This document shows positions 33,147-40,724 of a stretch of 41,630 bases of DNA, piece after piece; the stretch's first letter is position 1, and the number at the start of each line of letters is the position of its first letter. The position numbers and the translations under genes are program-made. Origin of the DNA: a virus; IMG/VR virus record IMGVR_UViG_3300015265_000006, positions 1-41,630 of that record, one strand, 5' to 3'. Below the pieces are notes generated by a model, which did not search any database, had not been told where the DNA came from, and saw only the letters and a program-made list of their open reading frames with translations.

Positions 33147-33250
33147 TTCACACCCCGCGCAATCCGATCTTTCCGCAGAATCCGGCGGCAGCCTTCGAGC
33201 AGACCTCCGGCGAGTAACAACATGAAGAGGAAGTAGAGGTGGAGGATCAT
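33143..33250 (-). CDS. Micro-ORF, hydrophobic peptide (35 aa, MILHLYFLFMLLLAGGLL...)
   Basis: GGAGGA Shine-Dalgarno sequence 7 nt upstream. ATGA overlaps on both sides. Confidence 0.4.
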   Translation of the reverse strand: MILHLYFLFMLLLAGGLLEGCRRILRKDRIARGVK

Positions 33251-33417
33251 GAGTAATCCTCCACTGCGTATGCGCGCTCATAGAAATATGGTTGGCCCTT
33301 TACCCAAAACCAGCCCAGTGAAGGCTGTGATGGCCCGGGGCCGATTAGAAACCATGCCCCTCCGCGAAGCCGCCGATACCATTTAAATTCGCCAAACGCA
33401 TAATCGAGAATCTTCAT
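33247..33417 (-). CDS. Small hypothetical protein (56 aa, MKILDYAFGEFKWYRRLRGGAW...)
   Basis: ATGA overlap with the ninG stop and with the next ORF. Below the track cutoff. Confidence 0.4.
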   Translation of the reverse strand: MKILDYAFGEFKWYRRLRGGAWFLIGPGPSQPSLGWFWVKGQPYFYERAYAVEDYS

Positions 33418-33995
33418 GCTGCTCTCCTGAGTTCACGGGTCTTGGCGCGGTATTCGGCGGTGAGGGCCTTGAGATCTTCGATGGTGTAGCGCTTGGGCTC
33501 ATGGGGGCCTTCTAACCACTCGACCTGCTCGGCGCCGATGCGCTTCACCAGCTCGATTCGGTATTCAACGATTGCCCCGGACTTCCCCATGTTGCAGTTG
33601 CGGTTGCACTGCAGGTGGACGTTCAGCGGCTCAAAGCGCAACTCTGGGCACGACTTAACGGTGCGGTAATGGCCGGCTGCGTACTGGACATTTGCAGTCG
33701 TCCCGCAAGAGATACATGGTTTTCCAGCGTCTCTGGCGCGTATCCAGGCGTTGAAAGCGGTCTGGCAGTCACGCATGTACTGCCCCTTCGTCTTAACGCG
33801 CTCCTTGGCCGCTCTCAGCTCCTTGCGGCCTACATCGGCGAGGGCCTTTCGAGCCTTGTCGGCGTTCTCTGACTTGATCGCCAGTCCACAGGCTGGGCTG
33901 CAGACCTTCTGACCGAGGCGATGAGGCGCGAATGAGGCCCTGCACTCTGGGTTGGCGCAGGTCTTTGGTTTGCGGGGCTTGGATGGGAGGGTCAT
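33414..33995 (-). CDS. ninG: NinG/Rap-family recombination endonuclease
   Basis: ...CANPECRASF...CSPAC..., ...CISCGT...AGHYR...CN.NCN..KSG... signature. Confidence 0.8.
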   Translation of the reverse strand: MTLPSKPRKPKTCANPECRASFAPHRLGQKVCSPACGLAIKSENADKARKALADVGRKELRAAKERVKTKGQYMRDCQTAFNAWIRARDAGKPCISCGTTANVQYAAGHYRTVKSCPELRFEPLNVHLQCNRNCNMGKSGAIVEYRIELVKRIGAEQVEWLEGPHEPKRYTIEDLKALTAEYRAKTRELRRAA

Positions 33996-34456
33996 GCAGC
34001 CTCCCACTGTTCTGGCATCTGCCCTTTAGGCTCGCTCCAGACCACGCCTTTCTCAGCACCGAAGGCATACATGCACTCGATCACGTCGCCAAGCTCGGAC
34101 ACGGTCATGCGCTTGGTGCTTTCGCCCAGCATGACCACGCCGCCGTTGATGCCTTGGGCCATGCGGATCTCTTGGCGAGCCGCAGCGGTCATCAGCGCTT
34201 TCCAGTCCTCGCTGTCGAGCTTCTGCATCACACCGTTGACCGGCCAATCGACTTGGCGGGAGATGTCGCCCAGCATCGCCCAGAGCTTGGCGTTCTGCTC
34301 AAGGGTGCGGCGGGACTTCACCGGGCGGACGATGATCTCGACGGCGCTGGAGACGGACAGCTCAGCGGCGAACTGGAAGGCCAGCTTGAACACGTCGCGG
34401 ATGCGATTGGCTCCGGCTGACCAGAAGTGACGAGGTTTGACGATGACGTTACCCAC
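33992..34456 (-). CDS. ninB: NinB-family recombination protein
   Basis: ...RRTLEQNAKLWAMLGDISRQV.W... motif. Confidence 0.8.
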   Translation of the reverse strand: MGNVIVKPRHFWSAGANRIRDVFKLAFQFAAELSVSSAVEIIVRPVKSRRTLEQNAKLWAMLGDISRQVDWPVNGVMQKLDSEDWKALMTAAARQEIRMAQGINGGVVMLGESTKRMTVSELGDVIECMYAFGAEKGVVWSEPKGQMPEQWEAA

Positions 34457-34673
34457 GACGCACCCCCTTCGCCTTCAGCTCCACCAAAGCCCCACAAGGC
34501 GCGCAAAGCTTCACGCCCTGAACCGCAGCGCGGCGATCCTCGGGAATCTCCTCTCCGCAGTCCTCGCACTCTTTGGCGCTGATGCCGGTGTAAACGGTGC
34601 GAGTAGCAATTCGGTGGGCCATGTCGGCCTCGATGCGCTCTTGCGCGATATCGATGTCATCGGCCATCAGCAT
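34449..34673 (-). CDS. TraR/DksA-family C4 zinc-finger protein
   Basis: ...[25 protein letters not shown].... Confidence 0.8.
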   Translation of the reverse strand: MLMADDIDIAQERIEADMAHRIATRTVYTGISAKECEDCGEEIPEDRRAAVQGVKLCAPCGALVELKAKGVRRG

Positions 34674-36046
34674 TTCTCCTTGCTTGCGTAGCGGCTGGCG
34701 AGAGGCGTCACCTTGGCGGTGGTCTCTACTGGTTCGGCTTTCCAGCCGGCGGCGAGGTTTTCAAAACGGTTGTACTGACCGAGGAATGCAGCGCGAACGG
34801 TTCCGGTTTCAACGTCCCGGCCCTTGCCGATAATGATTTCGGCTACGCCCTTGTATTCGCTGTGCTCGTTGTAAACCTCATCGCGGTACACGAAGAGGAT
34901 CACGTCGGCGTCCTGCTCGATGGCGCCTGACTCACGCAGGTCTGACGGGATCGGGCGTTTGTTCGGGCGTTCCTCGCATTTCCTGGAGAGCTGACTGAGC
35001 AGCACAACGGGGATGCCCAGCTCACGAGCAAGGAGCTTGCAGCCACGGCTGATGCTGCTGACCTCTTAGGTGCGGTTGCCGCCCTCGCCTTCCATGAGCT
35101 GCAGGTAATCGACCATGAGGATGTCGAGGCCGTAGCGCATTTTGTGGCGCCGTGCGAGCGAGCGAATGCGCCCGACTGTTGCGCCGGCACGGTCAGCGAT
35201 GAAGAGCTTGGACTTGTGAATCCTCGATGTGGCGACGGAAAGCTGATGGCTGTGCGTCTCGCAGGCGGTGCCGTTCTTGATCAGGCTGAGCGGAATCTTG
35301 CCTTCAGACGCCACTGCGCGGTCGATCAACTGGCCCTTGCTCATCTCCAGGCTAACAACAAGGCCGGATTTTGCTTGGCGAATCGCAGCGTTGATCACGA
35401 ACCCCATGGCAAGAGTGGTCTTGCCCATCGCTGGACGGCCGGCAACGATGATTAGCTGCTCGGGCTGCAACCCGCCAAGCACTTTGTCTAGGTCATCCAG
35501 ACCAGTAGACAGGCCGATAAGTGTCTCGCCTTTCAGGTAGCGGTCATACCGATCCTGCCAGACCTCGACCTGATCACCGATGATGTCGGAAGCGCGCACC
35601 ACATCATCCGAGCCGGCGCCGCTGTCGAGCGCCATCGCAGCAGCTTGGATTGCGGAGATTTTCGACTGGGTATCCTGCTCGCTCTGCGCTATGTCCATCG
35701 CATTGCTGCCCAGATCGTACAGAGCGCGGTCTATGGCGCGCTCACGGACGATTGCAGCGTAGGTTGATGCGTTGGCCACGCTTGGGGTGTTATCGACGAT
35801 CTCAGCACAGTAGCCGAGCCCACGGACGCCATTCGGCAGTACACCGATGTGTTCTCCGACCGTCAGGAAGTCCACGGACTGGCGCAGAGCGCGGACAGCC
35901 ATGATCCCGCGATAGACCTCGGCATTCTCTGGGAAGTAGAACGACTCGGCAGACAGATCGTCGCTCAGGGTTTCGATCAACTCAGGGCGCTTCATCATCG
36001 CGCCCAGCAGGCCGTGCTCGGCCTCGATGCTGTAGGGATCACGCAT
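34667..36046 (-). pseudogene. dnaB: DnaB-type replicative helicase interrupted by one in-frame TAA (35066..35068)
   Basis: The upstream part has Walker A GRPAMGKT and Walker B ILMVDYLQLM. After ...GGNRT-TAA- the same frame continues [28 protein letters not shown]...[25 protein letters not shown]. Confidence 0.85.
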
Positions 36047-36839
36047 TGTAATTGCCCTCCACAACCTTCACGAAGTTGCTTGGGGCAATCAGCCAGTCGA
36101 AGGAGGCGCGGAACGACTTCCCACCGTTGCGGCCTGGAACGCGGCCCATCAGGAAGTCAGAAGTCTTTACTTGGAAAAAGTAATCAGCCCAGAACTCAAG
36201 GTCTCGGTGAACAGGGCTTTCACGCCACCGAGCTTGCAGCGAGCGCTTGCGGCTGTCGTTGAGCATTGCTACTGCTGGCAGCTCAGGGAGCGCTTGGTGG
36301 TACAGGTTGACAATGGCCTGATATGGGCAAGCTTCGATTGCCGGCGCCTGACGGGAAACTTTCTCCGCTTGCTCTGGTTGACGCTCGGCGTCGACGACTA
36401 CTCCGTTAGGAGTAGTATTTGTATTTCTTTCTTTAATGTGTGTAGTTTCCAACACAGTGGAGTGTATGTTTTTTACACAGTGTGTAGATTTCGACACGGT
36501 AGGTTTTGGGTCTACTTTCCATTCTTTTGGAGGGAGGAAAGTGATCGGATCTCGACTGCCACCGTCACGGAAAAGTACCCGCTGACGGATCAGCGAATTG
36601 ATCGCTCTGGAGACGTTTGCGCGTTCGTTGCCGGCGCCGCTCTCGCCGTACATCATCTTGGCGATATACATGGCCGCCACCTTCACGGCTTCCTTGTTGT
36701 AGCCGGCAGTGAGCCGATGTACAGCAAGAGCGACGCGCAGTTCACGACCAGACAGTTCAGCCCCAATTAGGGCCTCATACAGCTCGTTGTCCATCCGGGT
36801 AAAGCCCCCGGCCGATTTCAGTTGGATGACGTTGCTCAT
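36039..36839 (-). CDS. Replication initiator (lambda O-like)
   Basis: N-terminal ...GFTRMDNELYEALIGAELSGRELRVALAVHRLTAGYNK... (Rep_O-like). An AT-rich iteron region lies inside the gene. It precedes the helicase gene. Confidence 0.75.
   Translation of the reverse strand: MSNVIQLKSAGGFTRMDNELYEALIGAELSGRELRVALAVHRLTAGYNKEAVKVAAMYIAKMMYGESGAGNERANVSRAINSLIRQRVLFRDGGSRDPITFLPPKEWKVDPKPTVSKSTHCVKNIHSTVLETTHIKERNTNTTPNGVVVDAERQPEQAEKVSRQAPAIEACPYQAIVNLYHQALPELPAVAMLNDSRKRSLQARWRESPVHRDLEFWADYFFQVKTSDFLMGRVPGRNGGKSFRASFDWLIAPSNFVKVVEGNYNA
36438..36503. repeat. Putative origin iterons inside the O-like gene
   Basis: GTGTGTAGTTTCCAACACAGT (36438..) and GTGTGTAGATTTCGACACGGT (36480..) lie 42 bp apart, with a third GTGTATGTTTTTTACAC unit between them. 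An AT-rich tract lies at 36400..36436. Confidence 0.6.
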
Positions 36840-37051
36840 GCCGATTCCCCTTCGTGCGACAGGGATGCCTTCAGGTGCTGGAGGCATTCACGGCGAAACT
36901 TGGTCTTGGAGTCGTTGGTGTATTGGAAGCGGATCATGCGGGCGGCATACATCGCGGCGTGCTGGTGAAAGCTCACGGCGTGCGATGTAAATACCGGGGG
37001 GTTGACGCTGGTATCGATATTGGTCATTATTCGCTCCAGAACGTTGTGCAA
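36836..37051 (-). CDS. Hypothetical protein
   Basis: 71-aa ORF (alternative ATG 27 nt in). Its stop is ATGA-coupled to the O-like gene. Confidence 0.5.
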   Translation of the reverse strand: MHNVLERIMTNIDTSVNPPVFTSHAVSFHQHAAMYAARMIRFQYTNDSKTKFRRECLQHLKASLSHEGESA

Positions 37052-37105
37052 TACGTTGTGAAAGAAACCAGGCCGTGAACCTGGTTTTTTTTCGCCTGTG
37101 ATTTG

Positions 37106-37312
37106 TCATTGATCATTTTTGAGTCCCTCTTTAGGGTCTAATTGGTACAGCTTTGCCTTCGGTCGCCCGAGTTTTGCCGGGCCTCCCATCGCCAGAAACT
37201 CAATGGCGATTTCCTCAAGCGCTTCATCGATGCTCAGGCCCTTCTTGAGGGCGTATGCAGCGATCCTTTCCTTCGAGCGGCTAGACAGGCGCTCGTAATC
37301 AATTTCAGGCAC
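37106..37312 (-). CDS. Hypothetical protein
   Basis: 68-aa ORF in the early-right operon. Confidence 0.5.
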   Translation of the reverse strand: MPEIDYERLSSRSKERIAAYALKKGLSIDEALEEIAIEFLAMGGPAKLGRPKAKLYQLDPKEGLKNDQ

Positions 37313-37330
37313 GTGACCTCCAAAGGGCCT

Positions 37331-37531
37331 CTAGGCCGCGCTAGACTTCTGGTCGTCCTTACTCAGTGCTTCGATTGCTCCGTTTTCGACGGCCCACTCG
37401 ATCATTTCGTAGAGGTATGTGGCGTGTTGCATTTCGGCGCGCTCAGCAGCACGGACCAGAATCCGGTCGAGCGTTTTGTTGAAACGAACCTTCCGAGGTG
37501 TGTCGCGCTTGTGGGATTGATCTGCGTACAT
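37331..37531 (-). CDS. Small DNA-binding-like protein (possible RHH). The CII-analogue position is speculative.
   Basis: 66 aa, ...RKVRFNKTLDRILVRAAERAEM.... It is directly after cro. Confidence 0.45.
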   Translation of the reverse strand: MYADQSHKRDTPRKVRFNKTLDRILVRAAERAEMQHATYLYEMIEWAVENGAIEALSKDDQKSSAA

Positions 37532-37561
37532 CGGTGATTTCCTTTCGTGGCTGGGAATTGG

Positions 37562-37756
37562 TTAGGCGGCAGGAGTAAGGAAGCGCATGGCATCTTCGGA
37601 TGCTTTGAGTGCGCCGCCAGTGATCGCCTGCAACTGAAGCTGGCGAAGGGGAGGCACCGATTCAGGCCACTGAGAAACCGCTCCAGGGCTAATGCCCAGA
37701 GCCTCAGCAACCTTACTGACGCCTTTGAAGTGGTTGAGAACCTCAGTCTTTTTCAT
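37562..37756 (-). CDS. cro: Cro-like HTH repressor (YdaS/Cro family)
   Basis: ...FKGVSKVAEALGISPGAVSQW.... Divergent from cI across the operator region. Confidence 0.8.
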   Translation of the reverse strand: MKKTEVLNHFKGVSKVAEALGISPGAVSQWPESVPPLRQLQLQAITGGALKASEDAMRFLTPAA

Positions 37757-37780
37757 AAGTGCTCCACTTGGTTTGGTTGA

Positions 37781-37853
37781 ATTTAAGCATGCTTAATCAA
37801 CCAGCGCAAGACGGCACTGCATGCTTAAGTACGCGGGAATTAAGCTGGCTTAA
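37781..37853. promoter_or_regulatory. OR region: three operators plus PR
   Basis: Operators: TTAAGCATGCTTAA 37783..37796, degenerate CACTGCATGCTTAA 37815..37828, TTAAGCTGGCTTAA 37840..37853. PR on the minus strand: -35 TTGCGC 37809..37804, 17 nt spacer, -10 TTAAAT 37786..37781. Confidence 0.65.
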
Positions 37854-37873
37854 ATTTTGACGGGATTCATCTG

Positions 37874-38602
37874 ATGATATTTTTCGGGCGGGAGATCGCT
37901 GAGCCAGCCGGGCGGCATGAACGCGTCGCATTGGCGATAGAGCACAGCAAACTGTCAAAAACCGAGATGGCGAAGCGGTGCGGGGTATCACCGTCCGCCG
38001 TAACGCAGTGGACGACTGGTGAAACCGCATCTATAAGACCAGAGAACCTTTTCGCGCTTGCGTCCGAGTCTGGAGTAAGCGCAAGGTGGATCGCGACTGG
38101 TGAAGGAACCCCAGAGCCGTACAGGCCGGGTAACAATGTGATTGCGTGGGAAGCGCCTGAGGATCTTCCAGATGACCAGTTTATTATCGTGCCTCGGATA
38201 GAGGTGAGATTTGCTGCAGGGACGGGAGAGATGGTGATAGAGGAAGTGCACCAGGATCAGGGAAATGCGTACCGGATGGATTGGATAAGGCGAAAGCGGC
38301 TGAACCCCAAAAACTTGTCAGACTTCATCGTAACTGGAGAGTCAATGGAGCCAACTCTCCCGCAAGGCGCAAAGGTCACACTGGACTTAAGCAACACCGC
38401 GATTCAGGACGGGAAAGTCTACGGCATCCGATATGGAAATGAATTGCGGATCAAGAGGCTATATAAGAGGTTCGATGGTGGGCTGATCATCCGCTCCGAC
38501 AATGCCACGAAGAACCCAGACGAAAGCCTTAACCCCGACCAGCTTGAGCACGTAACTGTCATTGGACGGTACGTTGCGCACAGCTTCGACGGCGATATCT
38601 AG
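37874..38602 (+). CDS. cI: CI-type repressor (XRE HTH plus S24 LexA-like autopeptidase)
   Basis: ...LSKTEMAKRCGVSPSAVTQWTTGE..., ...VTGESMEPTLPQGA..., ...ELRIKRL... (Ser/Lys dyad). No Shine-Dalgarno sequence before the ATG. Confidence 0.9.
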   Translation: MIFFGREIAEPAGRHERVALAIEHSKLSKTEMAKRCGVSPSAVTQWTTGETASIRPENLFALASESGVSARWIATGEGTPEPYRPGNNVIAWEAPEDLPDDQFIIVPRIEVRFAAGTGEMVIEEVHQDQGNAYRMDWIRRKRLNPKNLSDFIVTGESMEPTLPQGAKVTLDLSNTAIQDGKVYGIRYGNELRIKRLYKRFDGGLIIRSDNATKNPDESLNPDQLEHVTVIGRYVAHSFDGDI

Positions 38603-38630
38603 TCCGAAAGTCGTATTGCGTGACCCACCG

Positions 38631-38655
38631 AAGCCCGCCTAGCGCGGGCTTTTTG
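38631..38655 (+). terminator. Intrinsic terminator after cI
   Basis: AGCCCGC (38632..38638) / GCGGGCT (38644..38650) stem, then TTTTT. Confidence 0.75.
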
Positions 38656-38666
38656 CTGCCTCATGG

Positions 38667-38727
38667 TTAAGCTTGCTAAATTATTTTCATCAGCATGCTT
38701 GACGCGACCTTTTAAGCAAGCTTAAAT
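38667..38727 (+). promoter_or_regulatory. OL region: three operators plus PL
   Basis: Operators: TTAAGCTTGCTAAA 38667..38680, ATCAGCATGCTTGA 38689..38702, TTAAGCAAGCTTAA 38712..38725. PL: -35 TTGACG 38699..38704, 17 nt spacer, -10 TTAAAT 38722..38727. Confidence 0.65.
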
Positions 38728-38986
38728 GACCTCAAGCCGAACGAAACACAGGCCCGCAACAAGGCAGCGATGAACCGGCCTCAACGGTTCAGAGGGTTGG
38801 CAACTGACCCGGGTGTGCAGCGTAAAGCACCGAAAGCAGTTTTCTGGCGGACAGGGTCGCGGCTGGAAGAACAATCTGAGATTCAAGCCGGTGACCGACG
38901 CCAGTAGCGGGTCACGGAGATACACCCACAGATTTACTGATGCCGCTTCGATGAGGCGGCATTGGAAATCAACGGAGGGTAAGACG

Positions 38987-39217
38987 ATGACGCAAACATT
39001 TGAACAAGGATGGGCAGCTCGCTCGTTCTCAGAGCAATTCCCAGGCATGGATGCGAAAGATGCTGAACGTCTGGATCGCCTGAATCATGCGATCTCAGAC
39101 CTGTACATGGCCGACATGCTGACGGATAGCCAACTCCAGGCTATCAGGGAGAAAAAGATGCCAAAGGCCGTCAGCAAAGCAGTGGCAAAGATGAAAGCAA
39201 GCGCTACGTCAGCCTGA
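38987..39217 (+). CDS. Hypothetical protein, first clear gene of the PL operon
   Basis: 76 aa from ATG 38987 with GGAGGGTAAG Shine-Dalgarno sequence. The upstream part of track ORF 38813..39217 is rejected. Confidence 0.6.
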   Translation: MTQTFEQGWAARSFSEQFPGMDAKDAERLDRLNHAISDLYMADMLTDSQLQAIREKKMPKAVSKAVAKMKASATSA

Positions 39218-39448
39218 ACCATCTTCCTGCGCATTCCCAGAGTGCGCAGCGGGATGCGGACGAAAGCAACCTCCGCGCAACGCGGCCCCTGCATCAATCA
39301 CCACTGACGAAACACCCAGTCGCGCCTCCAGTAGAGAGCGACCGGATATCAGATGGCTTCCTGCTGTTTCAGGATCGCCATCTTGCTTTACAAATGCCTC
39401 TCAAACCCCGGGAGGCATTCGAAAGCCATAAACGATGGAGAAAGTGTG

Positions 39449-39751
39449 ATGAGAGAATTCAAAGGCACGCCGGGCCCGTGGCAGCACTTAGGGGACCCTG
39501 ATGATGAGTGCCGTGTACGCCAAACAGCCTCTGTGCGGCACGGCGACGGCTACTGCTCAGAAATCACGATTTGCGAGAGCATCAGCTCAAAAGACAATGC
39601 CAGGCTGATCGCCGCCGCGCCTGAACTGCTGGCGGCATTACAAAAGCTCCACGCATCGCTGAAATCGCTGAACGACTGTGGTGATGCAGGCCGGATGGTC
39701 GAAGAAGACGTTGAAACGGCCCGCGCAGCCATTGCGCTGGTACTGGAATAA
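39449..39751 (+). CDS. Conserved phage protein (...NARLIAAAPELLAAL... motif)
   Basis: 100 aa from ATG 39449 with GGAGAAAG Shine-Dalgarno sequence. The motif is common in small phage early proteins as I recall. Confidence 0.6.
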   Translation: MREFKGTPGPWQHLGDPDDECRVRQTASVRHGDGYCSEITICESISSKDNARLIAAAPELLAALQKLHASLKSLNDCGDAGRMVEEDVETARAAIALVLE

Positions 39752-40069
39752 CCCACTCCATCGTCCGCCGTACGCAACGGCCCGATATCTCTCTGGGGAA
39801 ACTCGTTTAGAGAGTGCGCCTGTATCGGAGAGCACCTTGTGTAAATCGCGAATAGCTGGGCGCCACAGTGATGTCGCGGATCAAGGTGTTCTACCAATGC
39901 AGGTACAGCTGCAAGCGCCCGATTGGACGGCGTATTTACCCTGTACGACAACGCGGAGGATTTGCAGCCATGTAACAGACAGCCAAGCCCTCCAGCAGGA
40001 GGCAAACACCTCTCACGTAGGGTGGTCTTCGTGAGTGAGTAAAGCCCGGCATACGTGTCGGGCTTTTTA
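39752..40069 (+). ncRNA. Candidate structured non-coding RNA / regulatory region ending in an intrinsic terminator
   Basis: About 320 nt without a convincing ORF in a tightly packed operon. Nested stems include 39829..39839 with 39882..39892. Terminator stem AAAGCCCG / CGGGCTTT at 40041..40066 plus a T-run. Confidence 0.35.
40041..40069 (+). terminator. Intrinsic terminator inside the PL operon
   Basis: aaagcccg-gcatacgtgt-cgggcttttt read directly. Confidence 0.75.
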
Positions 40070-40090
40070 TTGGGCGATTGGAGGTGAGTG

Positions 40091-40339
40091 ATGAGCAATA
40101 AAGGCGGTGGGCCGGCGTTCCCGGTTGCAGATTACGACCATCAAATTTTTCAGCCGAAGAATGAACTGGAGGCGAAGCGTTATTTATCCGGTATGTCCCT
40201 GCGCGATTACTTCGCGGCTAAGGCTATGCAGGCCTATGTCACAAGGGGCGGCTATCCAGATGATGGTTTTGATGAGCTCATCTCGAAATGGGCTTACGAG
40301 ATCTCGGACGCAATGCTCGAAGCGCGGGGCCAGCCATGA
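40091..40339 (+). CDS. Conserved phage protein (...GMSLRDYFAAKAM...)
   Basis: 82 aa. GGAGGTGAG Shine-Dalgarno sequence. Confidence 0.65.
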   Translation: MSNKGGGPAFPVADYDHQIFQPKNELEAKRYLSGMSLRDYFAAKAMQAYVTRGGYPDDGFDELISKWAYEISDAMLEARGQP

Positions 40340-40461
40340 AACGCACAACCCCACCCCTCCCCCGCAAGCCCCGCCCCGACGTCCACGACTGCGCCAAAGG
40401 TCGGATGCATGACGCGCCGAGGAAGATCGTTACCACTATGCCGGGCGGGTATATCGCCTAG
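40336..40461 (+). CDS. Small Pro/Arg-rich protein (41 aa)
   Basis: ATGA overlap with the upstream stop. Hand-translated MKRTTPPLPRKPRPDVHDCAKGRMHD.... Confidence 0.35.
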   Translation: MKRTTPPLPRKPRPDVHDCAKGRMHDAPRKIVTTMPGGYIA

Positions 40462-40470
40462 GAGATTGAG

Positions 40471-40704
40471 ATGAGCGAATGGATCAAGTGCAGCGAGAAT
40501 CTGCCAGAAAGCGGTGAGCCAGTCCTGATCAGGTTCGAAAATGGAGCTCACCAAGTTGGCGCGCTGTTCTGGGACGAGCCGATCCAGCCGGAAGAAACTT
40601 TCGAGCCATACCGCTACTGGGATGATCAAGACAACGACGGAAGCGGCTGGGACTCTGATCGTATCACCCACTGGATGCCGCTCCCTGCTCCGCCAACCAA
40701 ATAA
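40471..40704 (+). CDS. DUF551-like phage protein (paralogue of 4495..4725)
   Basis: MSEWIKCSENLPE...ITHWMPLPAPP. Confidence 0.7.
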   Translation: MSEWIKCSENLPESGEPVLIRFENGAHQVGALFWDEPIQPEETFEPYRYWDDQDNDGSGWDSDRITHWMPLPAPPTK

Positions 40705-40724
40705 CCCCGCCACTACTGGAGGCA

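Noticed and set aside
38722-39048. ORFs covering the PL leader (38722..39048 minus strand; 38813..38986 extension on plus strand)
   Set aside because: They have no ribosome-binding sites and an implausible composition. The plus-strand gene has a strong Shine-Dalgarno sequence at the internal ATG 38987.
39550-40098. 182-aa minus-strand ORF across the candidate ncRNA region
   Set aside because: It is antisense to the 39449..39751 gene and to the plus-strand terminator. It would be the only minus-strand gene in this operon, and it has no Shine-Dalgarno sequence.
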